64,000 nt of DNA from Hypanus sabinus (taxonomy: Eukaryota). The stretch is from the NCBI RefSeq assembly GCF_030144855.1, contig NC_082731.1:27776001-27840000 (forward strand), written 5' to 3'. The notes beneath the pieces were generated by a model. That model was not told the origin of the DNA. It ran no database searches and worked only from the letters and a program-made list of their open reading frames with translations. Both the position numbers and the translations under genes were made by a program. Position 1 is the stretch's first letter; each line of letters opens with the position of its first letter. This document shows, piece after piece, positions 1 to 10,796 of this stretch.

Positions 1-1456
1 TCTAGAAATCGTGGAAGCATTGGTAATCATTTTCCAATGTTCTATAGATTCAAGATCAGTTCCTGTGGATTGGAGGGTAGCTAATGTTATCCCACTTTTT
101 AAGAAAGGAGGGAGAGAGAAAACAGGGAATTATAGACCAGTTAGCCTGACATCAGTGGTAGGGAAGATGCTGGATTCAATTATAAAAGAAGAAATAGCAG
201 CACATTTGGATAACAGTAACACAATCGGTCCAAGTCAGCATGGATCTACGAAGGGGAAATCATGCTTGACTAATCTTCTGGAGTTTTTTGAGGATGTGGC
301 TATGAAAATGTACAAGGGAGAGCCAGTGGATGTAGTGTACATGGATTGTCAGAAAGACTTTGATAAGGTCCTACATAGGAGATTAGTGGGCAAAATTAGA
401 GCACATGGTATTAGAGGCAGGGTACTCACATGGATAGAAAAGTGGTTGGCAGGCAGGAAACAAACAGTAGGGATTAACAGGTCCCTTTCAGAATGGCAAG
501 GCAGTGACCAGTGGGGTACTGCAAGGCTCAGTGCTGGGACCACAGCTATTTACAATATACATTAATGATTTAGAAGAAGGAATTAAAAGTAACATTATCA
601 AATTTGCTGATGACACAAAGCTGGGTGACAGTGTGAAATGTGAGGAGGATGTTATGAGAATGCAGGCTGACTTGGACAGGTTGGGTGAGTGGGTAGATGA
701 ATGGCAGATGCAGTTTAATGTGGATAAATGTGAGGTTATCCACTTTAGTGGCAAGAACAGGAAAGCAGATTACTATCTGAAAGGTGTCAAGTTAGGAAAA
801 GGGGAAGAACAATGTCATCAGTATGCATGCAAGTACCTCAGGCAGTGAAGAAAGCTAATGGCATGTTGGCCTTCATAACAAGGGGAGTTGAGTATAGGGA
901 CAAAGTCCTTCTGCAGTTGTTCAGGTCCCTGGTGAGACCACACCTGGAGCATTGTGTGCGGTTTTGGTCTCCAAATTTGAGGAAGGACATTTGTGCTATT
1001 GAGGTAGTGCAGTGTAGGTTCACGAGGTTAATTCTCGGGATGCTGAAAGTTTAGAGCAACTGGGCTTGTATACACTGGAATTTAGAAGGATGAGAGGGGA
1101 TCTGGTTGAAACATATAAGATTATTAAGGGATTGGACATGCTAGAGGCAGGAAACATGTTCCCGATGTTGGAGGAGTCCAGAACCAGAGGTCAGTTTAAG
1201 AATAAGGGGTAGGCCATTTAGAACAGAGTTGAGGAAAAACTTTTTCACCCAAAGAGTTGTGGATCTGTGGAATGCTCTGCCTCAGAAGGCATCCAATTCT
1301 CTGGATGCTTTCAAGAAAGAGTTAAATAGCAGAGTCAAAGGATATGGGGAGAAGGCAGGAATGGATTACTGATTGTGGATGATCATACATGATCACAGTG
1401 AATGGCAGTGCTGGCTCGAAGGGCCAAATGGCCTACACCTGCACCTATTGTCTATT
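1..1456 (+). mobile_element. CR1-clade LINE, ORF2 RT region through 3' end (degenerate)
   Basis: ORFs 11..565, 504..848 and 812..1054 carry CR1 motifs (WRVANVIPLFKKG, NYRPVSLTS, QGSVLGP, KFADDTKLG, LVRPHLEHCV) broken by frameshifts; ends in a ctattgtctattg tail. Confidence 0.93.
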
Positions 1457-1569
1457 GAACCTTGCTGCTGTTTATCAGCGTCAACCCTTGACAGCAAGGA
1501 AGTGAGGGGATCAAAGACCTGGGACCATCAGGACAATCAATAATCTGCGTCTTTCTATTCATCTACTGC

Positions 1570-1821
1570 ACAGTCAGTAACTTTAAATTCCAGGGTGTCA
1601 GTATCTCAGAGGACCTGTCCTGGACCCATCATATAAATGTAATTGCAAAGGAAACACAACAGTGCCTCTACTTCCTTAGGAGTGTGGAGATTCAGCATGA
1701 CATCAAAAACCTTGATAAACTTCTATAGATGTGTAGTGGAAGGTGTATTGACTGGCTGCATTACAGCCTGGAATGGGAACACCAATGCCTTTGAATGGAA
1801 AATCTTGCAAAAGATAGTAGA
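1570..1821 (+). mobile_element. Rex1/Babar-like LINE fragment
   Basis: Translates to FYRCVVEGVLTGCITAWNGN, the post-RT motif shared with the other Rex1-like copies in the window. Confidence 0.7.
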
Positions 1822-3840
1822 CTTCTTGTGAGATATATTTATGTATGATTCGGAAACTGGAGTTATCTGTTTGTATTGTCATGATGCGAAAGTTGCTGGA
1901 GAATTTGCTACTGGAAAGAACTGGGATGATATTTGGAAACTTGACATTTTGAAGCACTATTTGGCAAGTAACTTGCCTTTGGACGGTGTACGAAAGCTCA
2001 GGCAGCAGAACTCGTCATTACCCTTTACAGGAGTGCTACGCATGTTACGGCTGAGTGCAGACACGCAAGCACGAAAGCGATGAAACCCAGAGGAGGTCAA
2101 AGTTCTTATTGACAGTGTGTTGTTAGCTGTTAAAATGAATAAGTCTTTACATTCAGTTCAACACATTAATAAAGATATGGAAAAGTATGTTCAACTCCCA
2201 GACAACTGGCGAAGCAAAAATTATGCATTTGAGTTTCTAGGGACTATCAACGATATTGTTCAGAAGAACATGTTTGAAGGAATAGCATCAGCGGATTTTT
2301 GCACATTAGCAGTTGATGAAACCACGGTCACATCTGTCAACAAATGTCTCATTCTGTACTTCAAATTCAGGTCTAAAGATTGTGCTGTTTATAAAACATT
2401 TTTTGGCAGAATAGTTCAGCTGCAGGCATGTGATGTTTCTTCTATTGTTTCAGCGATCAAGTAGCTTTATGAAGAGAAGACCTTGATAAAATGGTGATGT
2501 TTACGTCTGATGGAGTGTCAGTAACGTTGGACAGACTTAACGGTGTTGCAGCAAGACTTAACCAGGACATTCCATACTTAGTTCAGCAACACTGTGTACC
2601 ACACCATAAAGATCTGCGGATTTGTTGTGCATGGAAAGAAGTCAAGTTAATTAGAGACTTTGAAACTTTGATGAGAACATTCTCTACAATGTTTTCTCGA
2701 TCTGCAGTTAAAAATGCAAATTTAAAGAAATTGCAGTGGCCTCTGAAAATGATGCTGTTGCTTTCAGACCACTTAATGAAATCAGAAGGTTATCTAGATA
2801 CTTTGCATTGCAGGCAATAATAAAATATTATGAGGCACTGATCACATATTTTGAAGAAGATCAGTCAAATCACCCTGTGGCTAAACACTGTCACAAGAAA
2901 TTGATAAACATCACGCACAAAGTCGCTTTACAGGTTTTAATTGACGTCTTTGATGAACTGGCTGCTCTGTGCAAGGTTCTGCAAAAGAGTGGCCTGACCC
3001 CGATTGATTCACTTCGTTTCGCACGAGGCAAAATTAACAAGATAAGAAAGCAGTTTCGGGGAGAAAATGTTTTGTGGAGTGTCAAAGTTAAAGTGCTAAG
3101 CCAACAATGAAGAAAATAGCACAGTAGGTACAAGTTCGCTGCTGACTTTTATAAATAGTCTTTGTGTTCATTTAGAAGAAAGGTTTCCTGAAGATGAGGT
3201 ACAAGAATGCTCAGCTTTTGCTTTCTCCACAATTGCAGATTGTGACTTCATATTTGACAATGAACAAATTAATGCCTCATGTCTAAAATATCATGATTTT
3301 CTAGCTGAAAATACTGTAATAGTTAGTTTAATGATTTCAAATTTCCCGTGCAAGAAAAAATTAAATCCAAACTGATTTCAAACTTTGCTCAAATGGTATG
3401 ATTTGTACTTCAAAATGAACAGTTTTGCAACCTTGCACAGCTGATGGACAATGGGGTTCCTTTATTGCATCTAGTGCAGGCTGCGAGCTAGGTTTTAGCC
3501 TAATGACTCAACTCAAAAGCAAACCGTTTAGGTGAATGGCATTTTGATATGTTAATGAGAATCAAAAGCTATCAATTGGATGGAAGTTCTATTAGTCTAG
3601 ATAGAGTTTATAAAGAATGTGTAAATGCCAAATACAGGAGAGAGAAAAAATAACAGAGTGACTTAAATATGTATGTTATTTTGTTGTTATTCTGTGCAGT
3701 TTTATGTCAAGTATTTTGTAAACCTACAAAAACTGTGCCATGTATACATTTAGTGTGCACATGCTTTTGTCACGGGAAAAAAATTTGCACGACATCAAAT
3801 TTCTGTGCACACTGACTACTAAAAATTAGAGGCAACATCG
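1822..3840 (+). mobile_element. hAT-superfamily DNA transposon, degenerate transposase (ZNF862/DUF4371-like), left end missing
   Basis: ORFs 1841..2083, 2117..2464, 2491..2820 and 2736..3110 contain hAT motifs (LAVDETT, MFTSDG, QHCVPH, FSRSAVK). Right terminus aaaaattagaggcaacatcg at 3821-3840 is TIR-like; no matching left TIR was found. Confidence 0.8.
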
Positions 3841-5201
3841 CGCATATCCCTCTGCTTATCTAAGCTCCATGTACCTAGATAGGAGCCTCTTTAAAAACCC
3901 CACTGTATCCACCTCCACCATTGTCGCTGGCAGCCCATTCCAGACACTCAGCGCTCACTGCATAAATAACAGATATCTCCTCTGTACCTACTTCCAGGCA
4001 CTTAAAACTGTGTTTCCTCTGTACCTACTTCCAAGCGCCTTAAAACTATGTCCTCTTGTGTTAGCCATTTCAGGCCTGGGAAAAAGCCTCTGACTATCCA
4101 CATGATCAATGCCTCTCATCATCTTATACACCTATTAGGTCACCTCTTTCTCTGCTGCCCAAGGAAAAAGGCTAAGTTCACTCAATCTATTCAAATAAGG
4201 CATGTTTGCCAATCCAGGCAACATCATTGTAGATCTTCTCTGCACCCTTTCTATAGTTTCCACATCCTTCCTGTAGTGTGCTGACCAGAACTGAGCACAG
4301 TACTCCAAGTGGGATCTGACCATGGGCCTATATAACTGTAACATTAACTCTCAGCTCTTGAACTCATTCACATTGTTGATGAAGGCCAATACACCATATG
4401 CTTTCTTAACTACATAGTAGTACAGCACAGCTGCTTTGAGTGTCCTATGGTCTCAGACCCCAAGATCCCTCTGATCCTCCACACTTCCAAGTCTTACCAT
4501 TAATACTATATTCTGCTATTACATTTGAGCTATCAAAATGAACCACATCACACTTATCTGGGATGAACTCTATCTACCGCTTCGCAGCACAGTTTTGCAT
4601 CCGATCGTTGTCCCACCGTAAACTCTGACAGCCTTCCACACTATCCATAATACTCCTAACCTTTGTGTCATCAGCAAATTTACTCACCTATCTCTCCACT
4701 TCCTCATCCAGGTCATTTATAAAAATCACGAAGAGAAAGGATCCCAGAAGAGATCCCCGAGACACACCACTGCTCACCAACCTCCATGAGGAATATAACC
4801 CATCTACAACCACTTTTTGCATTTTGTGTGCAAACCATTTCTGGATCCACAGAGAAATGTCCCCTTGGATTCCATGCTGCCTAAATTTCCCAATAAACCT
4901 TGCATGGGGTACTTTATCAAATGCCTTGCAAAAATCCATATACATTATAGCTACTGCTCTACCTTCATCAATGTGTTTGGCCACCTCTTCAAAAAATTCA
5001 ATCAGGCTCAACTGGAAAGACATGACCTGCCTTTGATCATGCCATGCTGACTATTCCATATCATATTATGCCTCTCCAAATGTTCATAAATCCTGCCTCT
5101 CAGGATCTTCTCCATCAACTGACCAACCACTGAGGTTAGACTCACGGGTCTATAATTACCTGGGCTATCTCTAATCCCTTTCTTGAACAAGGGAACAACA
5201 T

Positions 5202-6435
5202 CAATGAGAGGCATTGATCATGTGGATAGTCAGAGGCTTTTTCCCAGGACTGAAATGGTTGCCGTAAGAGATTATAGGTTTAAAGTACTGGGGAGTAGGT
5301 ACAGAGGAGATGTCAGGGGTAAATTTTTTACTCCGAGAGTGGTGAGTGCATGGAATGAGCTGCCGACAACAGTGGTGAAGGTGGATATGATGGGGTCTTT
5401 TGTTACGTACCCGTGACATGCGACAGTGGTGTACTTGTCACGTGACAGGCGTTGAAGCTATACTGGACTTGTGGTAATGGTCTTGTTATGGTGGAGTGAC
5501 ATCATTTTCCCGCCAGTAGAGGTCATGTGACAGGTTTTTTTTACAGGGTATAAAAGGAGGACCCCTCCCTGTGAGGAGGGGCAGTTCATGGCTGGATTTG
5601 CCATGTTGACTTCATGCCACTGCATGATTTAATGTTATGATGCAGTGTTGAAAAATGGAGTTTTATTTAATGCCTAAAGTTTAAAAGGCCATTGCCAGCA
5701 GTTTCTTTATAATATTGCTAGTTAAAAATCAGTGGAGAGTGAAGATCAGAGTTCGGGAGTTAAAAGATCGAGGAAAGTCGTTCTCAACAGTGAAACAGGT
5801 TCAACCTTGTTTGATCCTCATTCGGAAGGAATTTGTTGACTGTCCCCGTGTTAATCCCTGTGAATAGCAGCAAGGATTGGGAACAGTTTTGTAAAGGAAA
5901 CGTCAGTGCCTTTAAGCCGTTGCATTTTCCATCTTCGTAAATTCTCCATGGGAAAAGTATAGTTCAACTGGGAATCGCAACAACATGACGTGAAAGAGAA
6001 TTTAAATCGTCTTAAAAAGTCTCTCCCTTAAATGGACTGTGAGCATTTTGAACTTTTGCAGTACGACTTTGAAGAACTGTTTTTGCTACATCGCTTTAAG
6101 AACTGTTTAAGCTTCATTGCTTTAAGAACTGTTTAAGCTGCCACACAGCAGCTGATTTCCGGTTACGTGAGTGGTTTGCTTACTTTTGCGGGTTTGTTTT
6201 TCAGTGTTTAATAAATGTGTTATTTGTTATAAAAAAAAACCCTGCTTCACTCATACATTTATTGTTGCTGAATCTGTAACACTTTTAAGAGAATTTTGGA
6301 TAGGTACATGGAGCTTAGAAAAATAGAGGGGTATGGGTAAGCCTAGTAATTTCTAAGGTAGGGACATGCTCGGTACAACTTTGTGAGCCGAAGGGCTTGT
6401 ATTGTGCTGTAGGTTTTCTATATTTCTATGTTTCT
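5202..6435 (+). mobile_element. CR1 3'-end fragment, itself split by a solo LTR
   Basis: RGIDHVDSQRLFP...GKFFTPRVVSAWNELP; continues after the LTR at 6282 and ends in a tttctatatttctatgtttcta tail. Confidence 0.85.
5401..6281 (+). mobile_element. Solo LTR of a Gypsy family (same family as 60725-61598)
   Basis: Starts TGTTACG and ends TGTAACA. 4-bp TSD CTTT at 5397-5400 and 6282-6285. Homologous along its length to the reverse complement of 60725-61598. Confidence 0.92.
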
Positions 6436-7899
6436 ATCTGCAACCTTCCAATCCTCCGGAGCCACTCCCGTCCCCATTGATGTTGCAAAGATCATTGCCA
6501 AAGGCTCAGCAATCTCCTCCCTCACTTTCCAAATTAACCTTGGGAATATTTCGTCTGGTCCCGGTGACCTATCTAACTTGATGTGTTCCAAGACCTCCAG
6601 CACATTCTCTTTCTTAATGTCTATATGCTCAAGCTTTTCAGTTCGCTGTAATTCAGAGCTCATGTATGTACTCTGATAATAAATTTTAGTTTGAACTTTC
6701 AGATTTCAAATTAGGATTTCCCAGTGGTGGGGAACTTTAGGAATTGTAAGCTAACATCACCCAAACATTCCCTTTTAACATCATCCAAATAGACTAGATT
6801 GTCATGTTGTAGTTCAGTTTGTGTGAACAAGATGTAGACAAGTTGGAGTTTAGTCCCGCATATGAAGTGACACACTGCAGAAGTACTTGCTGGGTTGGGA
6901 AAGGCTCTGGGATGTTCTGGGCTTGTCGAAGTCAATGAAAAACACATTGTCTTCATCAAAACAAATTCAGTAAAATAAAACTGGAAACAGCATAGCTGCC
7001 AGAAATCAGACTGACAGTCTGGTGAAGGGTCACTGATGTGAAACATTAACTCTGTTTCTCACCCCACAGATGTTCCCTGAGCTGCTCAGTGTTGGCAGTG
7101 CAGGAGGCACAATAATGTCAGTCGGTGAGATTTGCAGCTGAGGATCTTTTACATCCTGGGACCAGCAGGTGGTAAGTACAGTTCTGTCTGGATCAGTGTT
7201 CCTCTGGGTCTTTATAAAAACACCCATCAAACTGACAGCAGGGTGCTGGGGTGAAGAGGGGAACTGGATCTTGCTGGATCAGTTCAGAAGACATTTGCAA
7301 TGAAATGACACTTGGGTATTTATACAAAATGATTTATGTTGAATCAGTTGATCGGGGGAGACTGTCTAATTTTAGTCTGTATTGTGGTAAGTGGATTGAA
7401 CATCAGGTTGTATGAACAACCGGTGGGCAATTTTATTTATTCATCCTTTGGGATCTGGGCTTTGCTGGTAAAGTCTGAATGAATTACACATCTGAGCTGC
7501 CATTCAGAGGGCATTTGAAGACAAACACATTGATGGGTCAGGAGTCATAAATAGGCTCGAAGGGTTAGGATGAGAGATCTCCTTCCCTGAGGGACATCAG
7601 TAAAACTGAAGGGTCATCATTACTAATGACTATATTTATAAACAATTCCAATTATTAAGATGCTACAAATCTGATTACAGATCCAAATCTGTTGCAGATT
7701 ATGATGAACTGAGTTTAGATTTGTCAGTTTTGTTGTGGTGGTATCCGTGGACTGTTCATCCATCCCTCTGCACTACTCATCTGCTTTGATGTACTGCCCT
7801 GTTTCCCAGCACTCCGAATCCAACCTTGTGCCTGTCCATTGGATCACTGTGTCCTCGGTGTCCTGGACAATATTTCTCCTTCAATAACATCTCCAGAAC

Positions 7900-8065
7900 A
7901 GACTGTCTGATCGTTCTCACCTTGCAGTTTGTGGATTCTGCTGTGTGCAGAGTGGCTCCACATTCCCGACTCTACAACAGGACTGGACTTTGAAACTACT
8001 TCATTGCCTGTGAAGAGCTCGGGGACACCATGAAAGGTGTCTGTAAACGTCAGCACTTTATCTCG
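7900..8065 (+). mobile_element. Old SINE remnant (Deu-domain/SacSINE1-like with L2-type tail)
   Basis: ttgcagtttgtggattctgctgtgtgcag...tacttcattgcctgtgaagagctcgggg resembles the central domain and tail of that SINE group, recognised from memory. Confidence 0.5.
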
Positions 8066-9500
8066 CAACCACTTTCACTGAATCACCAGCAACACTGGTT
8101 AATGTAGGAAAACACTTGTAAAACAAACCCAGTCGGGGGTTGGAGGAGAGCAACAAATTAGAGCAGTTGCTCCGTCTGTAAACTGAGAATAAGCAGTTCA
8201 CTTGAACAGTGAAGTTCAACTCGTGTCCCGTGAGCGTCTAACCTCTGCTGCCTCCGCCCTGGGAGGGATGGGACAGTGCAGAAGGATCTTTGTATCTAAT
8301 CTGCGGCTGCCAGGACTGGACATGGGAGCTGTAATCTGCATTTAACTCAGGATCTGTGTACTCTGGGGTGATTGTTGGAATCCCTTTGAGGAAGAATTTC
8401 CCAGATTTACAAGATAAGTACTGATTCCAGTGAATGACAGAGCAGAGAGTGAGACCATTCATCCGATAGTGTCTGTGCTTCGCATTAGCTGAGCAAACCC
8501 AATAAACCCATTGGTCTCTCTGCTCTTCCCTGTATCCCTACAAAAGGCGGATCTCCTGTTCCCTCTCTACACTCACTATTGGCCATCACCATCATTCAGG
8601 CAGTGTATTCCAGATCACAAACGTTCATCAACAAACCTTCCCTTAAATCCTCGCCTATTACATATTATTGACTTGAACGCTTCCCTCACCACCCCACCTG
8701 CACCACTCCCCGCTCCCCCACCCACCAATGCAAGGCTGCCCGGAATGTGTGATGGAATTGTGATTTCAATTCCCTGCCTTACCTTTCCTGCACCACTTCC
8801 CCACTGCCTTCTCACTCCAAAATTCTTCCCCACCATACCTCACCTCCTCACCCATCGGGGAATAAAACTAAAACCTTAATCCCATCAATTAATCCTGGGT
8901 TATCGCCGATACTTTTGCTGTATCCCGGGACGGACCTCAGGCCGGACATTACATGATGGGACTGACACCCACCTGTACCCTGGGGATATTGAGCCATCAA
9001 CCAGATCATACATGTGTAACCATTCCCTCAGATTATGTCTCAATCCCATTACCTTCAACATGAAAGCAGCCGACAGTAAAACCCGATCCCAATAACTTGA
9101 CACGGAACAGATCCATTGTTGTCACTGACAGGGAGCGAGTTCAACTGCACTGAAACGCTCAGCCCCTGAACGTGGCTTCAGTTGGTGCTGAGGATCAGAA
9201 GCCAGACTTGAACCAAACACTGAGCTCACTCAGCACAACCGGCCGGTGTCAAGGCACAGTCTGGTGACAAGATCCGACCCCATTCCCCTGAGCCTGTTCC
9301 CGGTCTGTGGACAGTTCACTGGTGGGATGGGGGATGTACCCTTGTACTGTTACTGGGCTCTAGAGAAACCCGCCGGTTCGGGGAGATTCATGTACTCGCT
9401 CTAAATATCTCACTGATTTCAGTTAAATCACAGAATTCGCCAAAACCGTAAATAAATAAAATATTAGTGCGTGAAGATACAATTGAGAAGTTGGTCTCAC

Positions 9501-9551
9501 CTGAAGTCACTGTCAGCGAGGTTCCTCCGCCCCAGTAGTCAAGGTCGTAGT
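9501..9551 (-). CDS. IGHJ: Ig heavy-chain J segment (YDLDYWGGGTSLTVTS)
   Basis: Minus strand reads AC TAC GAC CTT GAC TAC TGG GGC GGA GGA ACC TCG CTG ACA GTG ACT TCA G|GTGAGA. It has the WGXG motif, a phase-1 splice donor and an upstream RSS. Confidence 0.95.
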
Positions 9552-9579
9552 CACAATGCTTCACCGCAGGTCACAAACC
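9552..9579 (-). other. 12-spacer recombination signal sequence of J
   Basis: Reading outward from J: heptamer CACAATG (9552-9558), 12-nt spacer CTTCACCGCAGG, nonamer TCACAAACC (7/9 match to ACAAAAACC). Confidence 0.9.
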
Positions 9580-9914
9580 GCTTTCATCACATCCAGCTCG
9601 AAATCCAGTGGATCCCAGAGCCGGCCGGCGGATTTATTAAACCCTCCCTTTGTGTCCGGGTGTCCCACACAGCGGGTCTCAATCTCGGCCACCCCAGTCC
9701 TGAAGTGGAGATGATATAACCCACCGGGACTTTTCACTGGGCTTCCACTGACAGCTCCTCCTCGGTGGTCCCGTTCCCTTCTGGACACTTCTCCAGTGGA
9801 ACTTGTTCCCACTCCCAGATTATCCACTCGGGATCTGATTGATATTCACGGGTCCTGGTGCAAAGGCCGGTAGAAGCGCTCAAAGAGCACGATTTAAAGA
9901 GTTTGATTGCTGTA

Positions 9915-9953
9915 AATTGGTGTATGGAAGGAGGCGCCGTTTCTCACACTGTG
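9915..9953 (-). other. 23-spacer RSS downstream of V(D)
   Basis: Perfect heptamer CACAGTG (9953-9947), 23-nt spacer TGAGAAACGGCGCCTCCTTCCAT, degenerate nonamer ACACCAATT (5/9). Confidence 0.72.
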
Positions 9954-10263
9954 CCCCTGCTGTCATCTCTCGCACAGTAATAGGTGGCCGTGTCGTCCAG
10001 TCTCAGGCTGTTCATTTGCAGATAGACGGTGCTGCTGTCCTTGGAAGCGGTGAAGCGGCTCTGGACTCCAGGCGCGTAGTATTTGAGACTATTAGAGTCT
10101 ATCACCATCACCCACTCCAGCCCTTTCCCGGGGACCTGTTTCACCCAGTGCATGCGATAACTGCTGAGGCTGAACCCACTGACCTCACAGGTCAGTCTGT
10201 GGGACTGTCCGGGCTTTACCACCGCTGACTTGGGCTGTGTCAGCACGACATCGGACAGCACGC
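9954..10263 (-). CDS. IGHV: Ig heavy-chain V exon (IgW-like), open frame, with 3' D-like extension
   Basis: Acceptor ttattgacag|GC, then (G)[103 protein letters not shown]. Both cysteines and the FR2 tryptophan are intact. IgW rather than IgM is inferred from the leader and framework style. Confidence 0.95.
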
Positions 10264-10370
10264 CTGTCAATAAAAAAAGAGAAAAAATTAAAATGTTCCG
10301 CGGACAGAGGTTCTCAAAGCCTCGGAGAAACAGCCGGTCCCGGGAGGGCGACAAGCCGCGGGACACCCAC

Positions 10371-10416
10371 CTGCCAGAGAAGACAGGAGGAGACAGAGAT
10401 ACGGAACGACCCCCAT
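10371..10416 (-). CDS. IGHV: Ig V leader exon ([16 protein letters not shown])
   Basis: ATG at 10416 and a 46-nt hydrophobic exon ending G|GTGGGT. A 107-nt intron (10264-10370) splices in frame to the V exon. Confidence 0.92.
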
Positions 10417-10504
10417 CGCCCTGAACACTGAGCCGGACTTGGACACTGTTGAGATCGGCGGCTTCAGCTCAGGCCGACTTTGTCCGGAGCCGCAGTGAGC
10501 GCTG

Positions 10505-10512
10505 TTTAAATA
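10505..10512 (-). promoter_or_regulatory. TATA-like box of the V promoter
   Basis: TATTTAAA about 90 nt upstream of the leader ATG. A GC box and Ets-like GGGCGGGGACAGGAAG lies further upstream at about 10586-10601. Confidence 0.55.
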
Positions 10513-10796
10513 GGGACGTGGGCTGTGAGTGAGAGAGGGAGCCGCGGTTTGAACAGGCTCTCACACACTGAAACCAAAGGCGCAGCTTCCTGTCCCCGCC
10601 CACAGCAGCGATTTCAATTCCCCAAAAGATGTTTGTCTCTGCAACAGGCGGCAGGTCAGCGGCAGTGACCAGATCCGGATTAAAGATCTGTCACACTCTG
10701 CTCGATTCATCAATTTCAGCGATGAACAGTTTGTGTAAATTGAAACACACAGAATCCCAGCGAGAGAGAATGAGAGACACCAGTCAGTGGACAGAT

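Larger units (their letters stand above)
3841..6690 (-). mobile_element. CR1 LINE fragments (host of nested insertions)
   Basis: Minus-strand ORFs 4135..4344, 4688..5023, 5008..5214 and 6418..6663 carry CR1 motifs. The sequence left of 5202 (gggaacaacatc) resumes at about 6436 (tctgcaaccttccaatcc). Confidence 0.88.

Noticed and set aside
1841-3650. Domesticated ZNF862-like host gene
   Set aside because: Multiple stops and frameshifts plus a retained TIR-like end indicate a decayed transposon.
7050-7177. Apparent plus-strand exon (polypyrimidine-CAG ... GTAAGT)
   Set aside because: Stops in all three frames, and the acceptor region is a decayed Penelope pLTR piece (gaagggtcactgatgtgaaacattaactctgtttctc...cagatgttccctgagctgct).
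8238-9103. Minus-strand ORFs 8238..8462 and 8900..9103 as possible Ig constant exons
   Set aside because: They lack the C1-set Cys-Trp-Cys spacing and suitable splice sites.
9648-9674. Possible free D segment TGGGACACCCGGA flanked by heptamer-like CGCTGTG and CACAAAG between V and J
   Set aside because: No nonamer at 12 or 23 nt on either side (best about 4/9); CAC/GTG trimers are common in this GC-rich stretch. It could at most be a dead relic.
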